Shown here piece by piece: positions 7,648-17,101 of a stretch of DNA of 37,142 nt. Source of the stretch: an uncultured Bacteroidales bacterium (GTDB lineage: Bacteria; Bacteroidota; Bacteroidia; Bacteroidales; JACABE01). Below the pieces are notes generated by a model, which worked only from the letters and a program-made list of their open reading frames with translations, did no database searches and was not told the DNA's origin. The stretch is taken from contig CAIZXK010000739.1 in the NCBI GenBank assembly GCA_903936865.1, forward strand, positions 1 through 37,142. The letters run 5' to 3'. The translations under genes and the position numbers were made by a program. How positions within the stretch are numbered: position 1 is the stretch's first letter; each line of letters starts with the position of its first letter.

Positions 7648-9048
7648 TTATTTCAAAATTTCAATCATCCTCTTAATAAAATCATTTTCTTTTTTAACTA
7701 GTTCGTCAATATTATCATTTGTATTATTCTCAAATTCAGACAAATCAATACCATCAACTACAAATTTGCCCTCACCACCAAGCCATGATTCAGCATAGGT
7801 TTTTTCTTTAATCAATTTAGTATTTAGTGGATATAATAATCCTCCAGCAACTAAATTTTTATTTTTATTAAAATAACTCATATATGTATGAATCTGAAAA
7901 AAATCACTTCTGTCTAAATCTCCATAATTTCCATCTCCGCCACCAGTTTTCATGTTCATTCTTTTATATTTAGCTTCAAATACAGCCACTTCGTTTGTCC
8001 TATTATTAAATAATACAATGTCAGGGCGGATTTCTCTATTATAAAAAATTGGTTTATCATAAACAATAACAGGATACTGAGTTTCAACACGCCAATCAGT
8101 TTCTGATAATCCATTAGTTAAAAGGTTGGATAAATACAATTCCCAAAGTTCTGAAATATCTATTAAATATGCTGAATGTTGAGCTTGGCTTTTGCTATTA
8201 TTTGGATCTAAATCCTGTAATTTAAGTAATAGTTTAGAATAACGTAAAACTTCTTTATAACTAGCATAAATTGGGTTTTCTAATGATTTGTGATTTAATG
8301 CTTTATCAATAAAAAAAGTATCAACCAATTTTCCCGTTTGTTGTTGCTTTAGAAAACTTCTTATACTACCCAATCTCCCTGTTATATCTTTACTAAATTC
8401 CTTTTCTAAAAATTCAATGGTACCGTAAATAATATTTGCAATTTCAGGGACAAAGAGTTGTTCTCGGGTAACACTCGAAATTTTTCCTTTAAATGGGTTA
8501 TCAAATTTGATAAAATGATTAAAATCAATATTCCCGTGTATCTTCGCTTCGTGATATTCAACTTTTTTATACGCTTTTGGAAATCCTAATATAAATGCTT
8601 TTTCAAGTTTTTGAATAAAGAGATGTCCAAGTATATATTTTACCAGTCCAGATTTTGTATTTGTTGGGTTTGCATTGAATGTTGCATCTTGTATAAAGAC
8701 ATTATTTGCAACATCAAGCATTCGTTTTAGTAATACATCTGAAAAACGCGAAGTAATTTCGATATTAACATTTTTGATTGCAAAAAAACCAATAAAATTT
8801 CCAGTACGTGGAAGTTTTATAGTTTCATTATTTTCAATAGTTTGTTGAAATATTTCAAATACCAATTGCTCACTTTTATCTTCTTTTTTATCGCGAGCAT
8901 TAAAATGAAGCAAAGTTTCTAGATTATTTATTAAAATATCTTTAAGCAACCATCTACTACATGGGAGTTTTTTAAAATATTCAGCATGAGATATTGACTT
9001 TTTGTCAAAACCTCCAAAATTCAGGTTATCTTCAAGCTTATTCAGCAT
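7648..9048 (-). CDS. mcrC: McrC-family PD-(D/E)XK restriction endonuclease subunit
   Basis: TGNFIG, ITSRF, IDISELWELY, IRPDIVL..FEAKYK, SDFFQIHTY, GGLLYP; directly downstream of an McrB gene. Confidence 0.88.
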   Translation of the reverse strand: MLNKLEDNLNFGGFDKKSISHAEYFKKLPCSRWLLKDILINNLETLLHFNARDKKEDKSEQLVFEIFQQTIENNETIKLPRTGNFIGFFAIKNVNIEITSRFSDVLLKRMLDVANNVFIQDATFNANPTNTKSGLVKYILGHLFIQKLEKAFILGFPKAYKKVEYHEAKIHGNIDFNHFIKFDNPFKGKISSVTREQLFVPEIANIIYGTIEFLEKEFSKDITGRLGSIRSFLKQQQTGKLVDTFFIDKALNHKSLENPIYASYKEVLRYSKLLLKLQDLDPNNSKSQAQHSAYLIDISELWELYLSNLLTNGLSETDWRVETQYPVIVYDKPIFYNREIRPDIVLFNNRTNEVAVFEAKYKRMNMKTGGGDGNYGDLDRSDFFQIHTYMSYFNKNKNLVAGGLLYPLNTKLIKEKTYAESWLGGEGKFVVDGIDLSEFENNTNDNIDELVKKENDFIKRMIEILK

Positions 9049-9052
9049 TTTT

Positions 9053-10903
9053 TTAATTCTTTAGAGGATTCCAAGGTTTCAAAAACTCAATTCTAGCTAA
9101 GTTAATTTGACCTTCAATTTTTTGCTCATCAAAATAAGTTCTTAAGTATTCCTTTAGTAATTGACCAATGTAATAATCAAAAATGTTTTCCACACTATTT
9201 CTTGAAATTTTATTATTGTTAATATGGTTTTTGATATTTGAAAAATATGATGGACCTATTTGATAGTAATCAGGCAACTTAATATTATTCGTAATAAATT
9301 TATTCAAATAATCAATACTTTTCAAATAATTATCTTTTCCAGTAATACCGCTAATTTCACTCTCCAACCAATCCATATTAACATCAAAATACTCCCAAAG
9401 AAAGCGTCTTCTTAAAGCAAGATCAAAACTATCAATACTTTTATCCACATCATTCATTGTTCCAATTATATATAAGTTTTCAGGAATACATATTTTTTTA
9501 AATTTATCTGGAGAAATTTCCGAATATTGATGGTCAATTTCCTCACCTCTTTTATCAATACAAAATAAAACTTCTCCAAAAACCCTTGATAGGTCTGCTC
9601 TATTTATTTCATCAATTAATAAAAAAAATGGAGTTTTGATATTTTTATCGTCTTCTAAGTTAAAAGTATTAATTTTATTGCAATACTCAAGGAATGATCC
9701 CGCTATAAAATCAAAACTTATTTGTTCATTTTTTATAGGTTTAATACCACCTATAAAATCTTCATAAGTGTAAGATGGATGAAACTGTATAATCTTATAA
9801 CGATCCTTATTGTTATCACATAAAAATTTTATTGAGTTTGTTGCTGCATAGGTCTTCCCTGTGCCCGGAGCTCCATAAAGTATTATATTATTTGAATAAC
9901 TCATTAATTTTTTCATCTCATCTACATATGAAATATCCAAATTGTTATAGTTTTTAAATTTCAATGCATTTTCATATAATTCTTTAAAAATCTCATTTTG
10001 TTTGTCTTCTATATCTTTTTTTTCTATTTTTTCTATCAAATTGAAAAATTGATCAGTAAGATAATATAATGGAAGTTCTACATCTAAGACTTTAATTTCT
10101 TTTGCAATTAAATTTTTTATGTGTGTAATTTTTTTTAAATCGTTATTGCAATCTATAAAAAAATCGCTTCCTAAAATATATTCTATTCTCTCAATACAAT
10201 TAATATCCGTTGAATTTAAATTTGGGAAAAAATTATCATTAATGTAATAAGAATAAAACAACTCTAATGCTGAGTTTTTCATTCCTTTCAAAGATTTTAC
10301 TGTTTTTATAATTTCATTAAAATTTTCATTAATTTTAGCTTCATTAAATACTAATCCACTTTTTAAATTTTCACTTATAAACTGGGAATCTGTACTATAT
10401 AATTTTTGAAATAAAGATTGGATGTCTTTAATTTTTATATTATGCTTATTTCGCAAGTTTGTAGCATTAGAACTTTGTTGTACAGCACTAATATAATTTC
10501 TATTCCAAAAACCTTCAAATTTAATCCATAGATGTTCATCAGTATCATCTAAATTAAATCCATTAACTTTTTCTTTTAATTCTCTTTTCCCCTTTAAATA
10601 ATCATTTTCTCTTGATAATTTACAATGTTTCGAGTCCAATCCTATATGAGTTACAAATCTTTCAATTAATTTCTTAAAAAGGTTTATATTATGCTCCTTT
10701 GATTTTTCTATTAATTTTAATTTTGCATCTTCTAAATTTGCAAATTGATCTATTTGTGAATTACCATTTATCATTTCCCAATTATTATTTTCTTTTTTTA
10801 AGAAAATGGGATAATCTTCATTGAATTTTCGTAAATGTATTTCTTTATTTCCATTCTTATCAATTTCTTTGAATTCTTCTTCGATTTTATTTTTTTTACT
10901 CAT
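9053..10903 (-). CDS. mcrB: McrB-family AAA+ GTPase with a long unrecognised N-terminus
   Basis: NIILYGAPGTGKT, IQFHPSYTYEDFIGG, LIDEINRADLSRVFGE, GTMNDVDKS (NxxD), DLALRRRF. Confidence 0.92.
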   Translation of the reverse strand: MSKKNKIEEEFKEIDKNGNKEIHLRKFNEDYPIFLKKENNNWEMINGNSQIDQFANLEDAKLKLIEKSKEHNINLFKKLIERFVTHIGLDSKHCKLSRENDYLKGKRELKEKVNGFNLDDTDEHLWIKFEGFWNRNYISAVQQSSNATNLRNKHNIKIKDIQSLFQKLYSTDSQFISENLKSGLVFNEAKINENFNEIIKTVKSLKGMKNSALELFYSYYINDNFFPNLNSTDINCIERIEYILGSDFFIDCNNDLKKITHIKNLIAKEIKVLDVELPLYYLTDQFFNLIEKIEKKDIEDKQNEIFKELYENALKFKNYNNLDISYVDEMKKLMSYSNNIILYGAPGTGKTYAATNSIKFLCDNNKDRYKIIQFHPSYTYEDFIGGIKPIKNEQISFDFIAGSFLEYCNKINTFNLEDDKNIKTPFFLLIDEINRADLSRVFGEVLFCIDKRGEEIDHQYSEISPDKFKKICIPENLYIIGTMNDVDKSIDSFDLALRRRFLWEYFDVNMDWLESEISGITGKDNYLKSIDYLNKFITNNIKLPDYYQIGPSYFSNIKNHINNNKISRNSVENIFDYYIGQLLKEYLRTYFDEQKIEGQINLARIEFLKPWNPLKN

Positions 10904-10954
10904 AATATTTGCTTTTTATTTTTAAACAAATTAAATTTCTATTTTCAACTTAAC

Positions 10955-10962
10955 CAAATTTA
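10955..10962 (-). promoter_or_regulatory. -7 promoter box for mcrBC
   Basis: Minus-strand TAAATTTG between the WYL stop codon and the mcrB start. Confidence 0.45.
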
Positions 10963-10969
10963 TATTCAG

Positions 10970-11974
10970 CTATTTATAAAGCTCTATTGCCATTTCCAAC
11001 TCCTCTTTTATCCTTTGCTGCAAGCTTAACGGACTTATTACTTTCACTCTCTTTCCCCAACCTAAAAAATAGGTAATCAGCTCATAATTAGGTATCAGAA
11101 AAAGGCTAATGGTAATTTCATCCTTTTCTTGTTTTAAAAGTTTTTGGCTTATATGCAAGGGTTGGGTTAAAAGGTATTTTCCGGTATGGTCGTTAAAACA
11201 AAGAATGATTTCTACAGGCTGTGCCTGTGGCTCGCTGATACCTAACGTATTTGAAAAGAATAAAGATGCATTTTCAGGTTTTTCCTTGTGTATTGTATCT
11301 AAATTTGTGCTTATTTCTTCAATCCGGTCCAATCCGTAAGTTCTAAGTTCGTTGATTTCATTATCCAAACCTATCAGATACCAGCGGTTGCGGTATTCTT
11401 TCAAATAGTAGGGATGTACAATATGCAACCTTGTTTTCTCTGCATCAAAACGCAGATGATATATATTGAGAACTTCCTTATCGGCAATGGCTTGTATCAA
11501 GGTTTTCAGATACTCGCTACCTTTAAAGAAAGGAACAGTTTCAAACTGTATAAAATCATTTATGTCGGTTTGTTGCTGCAAACGTTGGATATGGATTGCA
11601 TCGCTGATTTTATTTACAGCAGCCGAAAAAGTTTTGAGAATATCCACTTCCTTAAACTGTTGCAAAAGTGAAGATGCAAAACTCAACGCACTCATTTCCT
11701 CATTATTGATAGGTATATTATCAATTGAATAATCTGCATCTTCGTAATAATAAGCTGATTTCTCACGACTGAAAGCAATGGGTGCAAAATACCCTAATCT
11801 CTCATCTTCACGCATATCATGTATATCCTGATTGATAGTTCTTTCGCCAATTGGTGCAATATATAAGGCTTCTTCACAGGCTTGTATTAACCTGGAACGA
11901 CTTACATATTTCTGCTCGAAAAGGCAACGATTAATTACCCTGTAACGGATTAAAGCTTCTTTGTTTGTGGGCAT
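10970..11974 (-). CDS. WYL-domain transcriptional regulator (wHTH-WYL-WCX)
   Basis: MPTNKEALIRYRVINRCL..RTINQDIHDMR (Bacteroidota WYL N-terminal HTH), HPYYLKEYRNRWYLIG, RTYGLDRI, TQPLHISQ, VKVISPLSL. Confidence 0.93.
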   Translation of the reverse strand: MPTNKEALIRYRVINRCLFEQKYVSRSRLIQACEEALYIAPIGERTINQDIHDMREDERLGYFAPIAFSREKSAYYYEDADYSIDNIPINNEEMSALSFASSLLQQFKEVDILKTFSAAVNKISDAIHIQRLQQQTDINDFIQFETVPFFKGSEYLKTLIQAIADKEVLNIYHLRFDAEKTRLHIVHPYYLKEYRNRWYLIGLDNEINELRTYGLDRIEEISTNLDTIHKEKPENASLFFSNTLGISEPQAQPVEIILCFNDHTGKYLLTQPLHISQKLLKQEKDEITISLFLIPNYELITYFLGWGKRVKVISPLSLQQRIKEELEMAIELYK

Positions 11975-12112
11975 AATTCTGTTTTATTTTTAAAAAAGAC
12001 GGAAGACCGAAGTTAATGTGTTGAATTTGTCAACCTTTGTTTTTTGAGTAAAAGTAATGTTTTTTTATTTATTGCTGAAAAATTAACAAAATTATTTCAA
12101 AAACAATCTAAA

Positions 12113-12146
12113 TGCAGATACAATGCAGTGTATAATCTCAATTTTG
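12113..12146 (+). promoter_or_regulatory. Operator 3 plus -7-like box ahead of the AAA ATPase
   Basis: TGCA-gatacaa-TGCA (12113-12127), then CAATTTTG (12139-12146) after the same 11-nt gap as at site 2. Confidence 0.6.
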
Positions 12147-12171
12147 CGAAGTATCTAAAAAACAATAATAA

Positions 12172-13866
12172 ATGGAAAAGCAAGGGAAAATCAAAAGCTT
12201 TAATGCATTGCAAAGTTTGGAAACTCTTTCAGAAAAAGCCAAACAATCGGAACTTTCAGAAAAATATCTATCAGAAGCAAAAAAAGAATATGCTGTTTTA
12301 TGCAAAATGCTAAATCTGAATATCAGGCAATGCAGTTTATTTTCTATCATTCTGCGATTAAATTTAGCAAATGAAAATGCACATATTCACAGTATATGCG
12401 AATACACTAAATGCAGCCCATATTCATTACTTTCCTTTCAACCTGATTTTGATTTTTTAAAAGAAAAAGGATATATAGCCAAAGAAAGCAATAGGAGAAG
12501 AAGTAAAAGACGCAATGTTTATGATATCGAACTTCGTTATTCGATTGATGAAGAAATTGTCAACAATCTAATAAACAATAATATAAATGAAATGAATGAA
12601 AATAAAAAATTAAATGCCATTGATTTTTTATTGGAAGTATATCAAATAGTAGAAGAAAGAAATGATGATGAAGGTAAATATTCGGAAATGCTGGATAGAA
12701 TAAATAAACTAAAAGATAAAAATAAGGATTGTTTACCCGTTAAAGCTGCCAGACAATTTTTGTTAGATAATGAAGAAGAGGTTTTTGCTTATTTAATATG
12801 TTATGCTACTATTGATTGCGATGAAATAGGGCTTAACGATTTATTGAATAAAGTATTTGATTCTGAAAACAGAAAGATCAGATTTAAGAAAAATCTTCTT
12901 TCTGAAAAAAGCAATTTAAGTAAGTATGAATTAATACAGTTTAATCAGGCATTTATAAGAACAGACAGGGAATTGAGTATGACTGAAAAAGGCTTGGAAA
13001 ACTTTATTGGTGATGAAAAAGACATCTTTTTTGGCGATAGTTTAAAATCGGAAGATAAAGATTTGCTTTCTCCGGATACTATACTTCATAAACAATTGTT
13101 TTACAACAAAAAAGAAGGTAAACAACTGGAAGAACTTTCCAATCTATTGAAAAATGATAATTACAAAAATATAAAAGACCGATTAAAGCAACACAGCATG
13201 AGTCCAGCTCTTACCATATTGTTTCATGGTTATCCGGGTACAGGAAAAACGGAGACTGTAATGCAAATTGCACGAGAAACTGGACGCCCTTTATATATGA
13301 TTGACGTTTCAAAGTTTAAAACCTGCTGGTTTGGTGAATCGGAAAGAAATCTGAAAAAACTATTTGACAAATACCGTAAAAAGGTTGATAAAAGTGATCT
13401 GGAACCTATCATGTTGTTTAATGAAGCAGATGCTATTTTCAGCAAAAGAAAAGATGTTAGTAGCTCCAATGTAGCTCAGACAGAAAATGCAATACAGAAT
13501 ATTATTCTTCAGGAAATGGAAACTTTGGAAGGGATATTAATTGCGACCACAAATATGATTGATAATTTCGACAAAGCTTTTGAACGCAGATTTTTATATA
13601 AAATCGGTTTTGACAAACCTGGTGATGAAGTTGCATTACAGATTTGGAAATGCCGTTTTCCGTTTGTAAACGAAAATGAATTAAAACAAATAGCAGCAAA
13701 GTACAAATTTTCAGGAGGTCAGATTGAGAATATTGCGCGAAAATCCACTATGAATCAGGTTTTAAAAGGGATTGCACCTGATTATTTTCAAATTGAAAAT
13801 TATTGTAAAGAAGAGGTTCTGGCAACAGACAATCAGCGTAAAACTTTAGGGTTTTGCATTAGTTGA
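12172..13866 (+). CDS. AAA+ ATPase with an N-terminal helical/wHTH-like region
   Basis: Walker A HGYPGTGKT, atypical Walker B MLFNEAD, sensor I IATTN, arginine finger DKAFERRF, FSGGQIENI, C-terminal ..KTLGF. Confidence 0.9.
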   Translation: MEKQGKIKSFNALQSLETLSEKAKQSELSEKYLSEAKKEYAVLCKMLNLNIRQCSLFSIILRLNLANENAHIHSICEYTKCSPYSLLSFQPDFDFLKEKGYIAKESNRRRSKRRNVYDIELRYSIDEEIVNNLINNNINEMNENKKLNAIDFLLEVYQIVEERNDDEGKYSEMLDRINKLKDKNKDCLPVKAARQFLLDNEEEVFAYLICYATIDCDEIGLNDLLNKVFDSENRKIRFKKNLLSEKSNLSKYELIQFNQAFIRTDRELSMTEKGLENFIGDEKDIFFGDSLKSEDKDLLSPDTILHKQLFYNKKEGKQLEELSNLLKNDNYKNIKDRLKQHSMSPALTILFHGYPGTGKTETVMQIARETGRPLYMIDVSKFKTCWFGESERNLKKLFDKYRKKVDKSDLEPIMLFNEADAIFSKRKDVSSSNVAQTENAIQNIILQEMETLEGILIATTNMIDNFDKAFERRFLYKIGFDKPGDEVALQIWKCRFPFVNENELKQIAAKYKFSGGQIENIARKSTMNQVLKGIAPDYFQIENYCKEEVLATDNQRKTLGFCIS

Positions 13867-13923
13867 TAATAAGGAAGACAGAATATTAATAATTATTAGT
13901 CTGAACAATTTTAAAAATATACT

Positions 13924-14259
13924 ATGTGTAATATAGAAAGTGGGATTAACCTAATTAAAAGAGAATTATTGACAAAGTATCCTATAAGAGGCGGATATGG
14001 TAAATCATTTGAAGATGCAATTGAATTTGACATCCAAGCTGCTTCGAAATTTGTCGAATTAGAACATAATCTTGTTCGCTTTTTAGGTGCTAATATCCAC
14101 AAAATGTACCGTGTAAATAAACAACATCTGAAAAAACATGAAGACAAAATTTATGATATTCTTCATGTTGCTGAAATTGATAGCTACAGGGAGAAATTTG
14201 TTACTGAGATTTATTTCAACATAACTGATTGCTGGAACAGAAAAAACAAGAAGAACTAA
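13924..14259 (+). CDS. Conserved-looking hypothetical protein, 111 aa
   Basis: Co-oriented in the cluster; GGYGKSFEDAI..KQHL..KIYDILHV..EIYFNITD pattern. Function not recognised. Confidence 0.65.
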   Translation: MCNIESGINLIKRELLTKYPIRGGYGKSFEDAIEFDIQAASKFVELEHNLVRFLGANIHKMYRVNKQHLKKHEDKIYDILHVAEIDSYREKFVTEIYFNITDCWNRKNKKN

Positions 14260-14297
14260 AATTAAATTTATACATTTGTAGTTCAAATAATTCATTT

Positions 14298-16322
14298 ATG
14301 AGATACCTGACAAAATCAAGATTTAAAACTGCATTGGAATGCCCTGCCAAATTGTATTATACCAATAAAAAAGAATATGCCAACACAAAAATGGATGACG
14401 ATTTTCTGAAAGCATTGGCCGAAGGTGGTTTTCAGGTGGGAGAACTGGCAAAATTTATGTTTTGTGACGATCCGGTTTTGGAAAATATTACTGTAAATGA
14501 GCGTACTTATGAAGAAGCGTTGAAAGTTACAAATCTTATGATAGCCGAACAAAAGACTGTAATTGCAGAAGCTGCAGTTAAATTTGAGAATCTGTTTATC
14601 AGAACCGATTTGCTTAAAATCAATTATACAAAAAAATTGATTGAATTATATGAAGTTAAGGCAAAATCTTTTGACAGAGAAACTCAATTTACCAGTAAAA
14701 AAGGAGAGATAAGCAGCAAATGGAAATCTTACCTGATGGATGTTGCGTTTCAGCGATATGTGGTTCAAAATGCTTTTCCTGATTTTAAAGTAATTGCCTA
14801 TTTAGTTCTGGCAGATAAGAATCAAACAGCCAGTGTTGATGGGCTTAACCAACTGTTTAAAATCAAAAAAAACGGAGAACAAACCCATATTGAAAGCGAA
14901 CCCGGATTAAAACAGGCTGATTTGGGAAACATGGTATTATCTGCTGTAAATGTGGATGCTGTGGTTGACACAATACATCAACAGCCTTATATTGACGACA
15001 GTGGTGTTAACTGGAGTTTTGAAGATTATATCAATTTCCTTTCAGAAAATTATCAGAAAGATCAAATAATATTTACAGAAATAGGAGCAAAATGCAAAAA
15101 GTGCGAATACAGAGCCAAAGAAGAAGAAAAGCAAAAAGGATTTAAAAGTGGTTTTGAAGAATGCTGGAAAAAACAAGCAAAGTTTGTAGATTCTGATTTT
15201 AAGAAACCTTTGGTTTTTGATATGTCATTTCAGGGATTTGGTGGTAAACTTGACAAATGGATAAAAGAAGGTCGTTTTTTTCTGAATGAACTGGATGAAA
15301 GTGATTTAATTGCAAAAACGAAAGCAAAAACGAAAGCAAATGGTATGTCAGCCGCTGACAGAAGAATAACACAATTAGAGAAAGTTAAAGCAGCTGATTC
15401 TTCTCCATTTTTAGATGTTGAAGGACTTAAAGAAGAAATGTCTGATTGGATTTACCCTCTGCATTTTATTGATTTTGAAACTGCTATGGTTGCACTTCCA
15501 TTCTACAAAGACAGAAAACCTTACGAAGGTATAGCCTTTCAATTCTCACATCACCAGATAAATGAAGATGGAAGTATTGAGCATAAGGGACAGTTTTTAG
15601 AAACTACACCCGGATATTTCCCCAATTTTGATTTTGTTAGAGAACTTAAAAATCAACTGGATAAAGATAACGGAAGTATTTTCAGGTATCATAATCATGA
15701 AAATACTTTTCTGAATCATATTTATCGTCAGTTAAATGCATCAGATACAACAGTTGTTCCCGATAAAGACGAATTGATGTTATTTATCCAATCCATTACC
15801 CATCACAATGAAGACAATGTCTTAAGCTGGAAAGGTGAAAGAGATATGCTCGATCTGGCTGATCTGGTATTCCGTTATTATTTTCCGCCTCAGGCAAAAG
15901 GTTCTTATTCAATTAAGAAAATATTACCTGCAGTAATTGAAAATTCAGAATTTATCAGGAATAAATACTCAAAGCCCATTTATGGCGGAAATGCCGAAAT
16001 AAAAAGCTTAACGTATAAGCAACCTAAAATCTGGATTTCAGAGGAATGGAACAACGATCCCTATAAATCATTAGAAGCTGTTTTCTCTGATATTGATATA
16101 GAAATGAATGATGAATTAGAAGTAAGCGAAACCGGAATAGAAGAAATACATCAGGGAGGAGCAGCAGCAACTGCCTATGCCCGTCTGCAATTCAGTCATA
16201 TTCCTGATTTTGAACGTAAAAAAGTAGAACAAGCCTTGTTACATTACTGCGAATTGGATACTTTGGCAATGGTGATGATTTGGGAATACTGGAATGATGA
16301 GATTAAGAAAAAATACATATAA
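14298..16322 (+). CDS. DUF2779-domain protein (Cas4/RecB-like nuclease N-terminus plus RNase H-like C-terminal domain)
   Basis: MRYLTKSRFKTALECPAKLYY, RTDLL..YEVKAKS, DVAFQ, CKKCEY..EECW, YPLHFIDFET, AFQFSHH, YSIKKILP, LLHYCELDTLAMV. Start set to ATG 14298, behind a TACATTTG -7 box at 14271-14278. Confidence 0.85.
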   Translation: MRYLTKSRFKTALECPAKLYYTNKKEYANTKMDDDFLKALAEGGFQVGELAKFMFCDDPVLENITVNERTYEEALKVTNLMIAEQKTVIAEAAVKFENLFIRTDLLKINYTKKLIELYEVKAKSFDRETQFTSKKGEISSKWKSYLMDVAFQRYVVQNAFPDFKVIAYLVLADKNQTASVDGLNQLFKIKKNGEQTHIESEPGLKQADLGNMVLSAVNVDAVVDTIHQQPYIDDSGVNWSFEDYINFLSENYQKDQIIFTEIGAKCKKCEYRAKEEEKQKGFKSGFEECWKKQAKFVDSDFKKPLVFDMSFQGFGGKLDKWIKEGRFFLNELDESDLIAKTKAKTKANGMSAADRRITQLEKVKAADSSPFLDVEGLKEEMSDWIYPLHFIDFETAMVALPFYKDRKPYEGIAFQFSHHQINEDGSIEHKGQFLETTPGYFPNFDFVRELKNQLDKDNGSIFRYHNHENTFLNHIYRQLNASDTTVVPDKDELMLFIQSITHHNEDNVLSWKGERDMLDLADLVFRYYFPPQAKGSYSIKKILPAVIENSEFIRNKYSKPIYGGNAEIKSLTYKQPKIWISEEWNNDPYKSLEAVFSDIDIEMNDELEVSETGIEEIHQGGAAATAYARLQFSHIPDFERKKVEQALLHYCELDTLAMVMIWEYWNDEIKKKYI

Positions 16323-16325
16323 AAA

Positions 16326-17090
16326 TTAGTAATTCCCATTAAAAATCTTTGATGGACTATCTTTAAAAAGATATTCGCAGTTTTTTATTACGATTTGAGG
16401 AAAGCATAACCAACGATTATATGCAATACTTTTACTAATTGTATTTCCTTTTAAAGAAAATTTTACAAATGATTCAAAAATTTCTAAAACAGCTTGGTCG
16501 TGATTTCTTTTTTTACTCTTAGGAATTGGGACTAATTTTTTAAAATCATCATATTCCATAGAATTTATATCTATGTAAGCATAGTAAATCCAAAAATTAT
16601 TTTTATTTATCCTGTTAAGCAACGTATCGTTTAAATTAACAACATTTGAAATTGGGAAATTATCTCCATTAATTTTTTTTAATGGAGTAGAACAATATTT
16701 AATAGTGGTTAGAAAATCAAAGTTATTGTAATATTCAAGATAATTACCATAATCATTTTTTGTCCATCCTTTCCAAGCTAATGGTTTTGTTTTAGATTCT
16801 CTGCCATTTAATATTGGAAATGAAGGAGTATTAGTATAAAAATACAAATGCATAAATAAATCTGAAAGTCTCATATAAGTTGAATCACTTAAAACTATTT
16901 TATTTAAATGACGATTGATAATTGTTTTTATAATTGATTTAGATGTAATTCCTACATAATATGGAACAACTTTATTTCTATCACTAAGAATAAGATTGTT
17001 AAACCCCCATATATAAATGCCGGGAACATTAACATCTTCTTTTTTAAAATGAGCCAAGTCAAATGGCCCTTTAAAATCTAATGTAATCAT
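16326..17090 (-). CDS. Hypothetical protein with a GIY-YIG-like nuclease motif
   Basis: PGIYIWGF...PYYVGIT..I..R and a distal conserved-looking E (LEIFES). Confidence 0.55.
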   Translation of the reverse strand: MITLDFKGPFDLAHFKKEDVNVPGIYIWGFNNLILSDRNKVVPYYVGITSKSIIKTIINRHLNKIVLSDSTYMRLSDLFMHLYFYTNTPSFPILNGRESKTKPLAWKGWTKNDYGNYLEYYNNFDFLTTIKYCSTPLKKINGDNFPISNVVNLNDTLLNRINKNNFWIYYAYIDINSMEYDDFKKLVPIPKSKKRNHDQAVLEIFESFVKFSLKGNTISKSIAYNRWLCFPQIVIKNCEYLFKDSPSKIFNGNY

Positions 17091-17101
17091 AATTTTTGTT
17101 T

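Noticed and set aside
14229-14297. TTG-started extension of the DUF2779 ORF
   Set aside because: It overlaps the previous gene and a -7 box; MRYLTKSRF at 14298 looks like the family start.
14298-16322. Cas4-like motifs as evidence of CRISPR-Cas
   Set aside because: No cas1/cas2 and no array in the window; these motifs are part of DUF2779 proteins.
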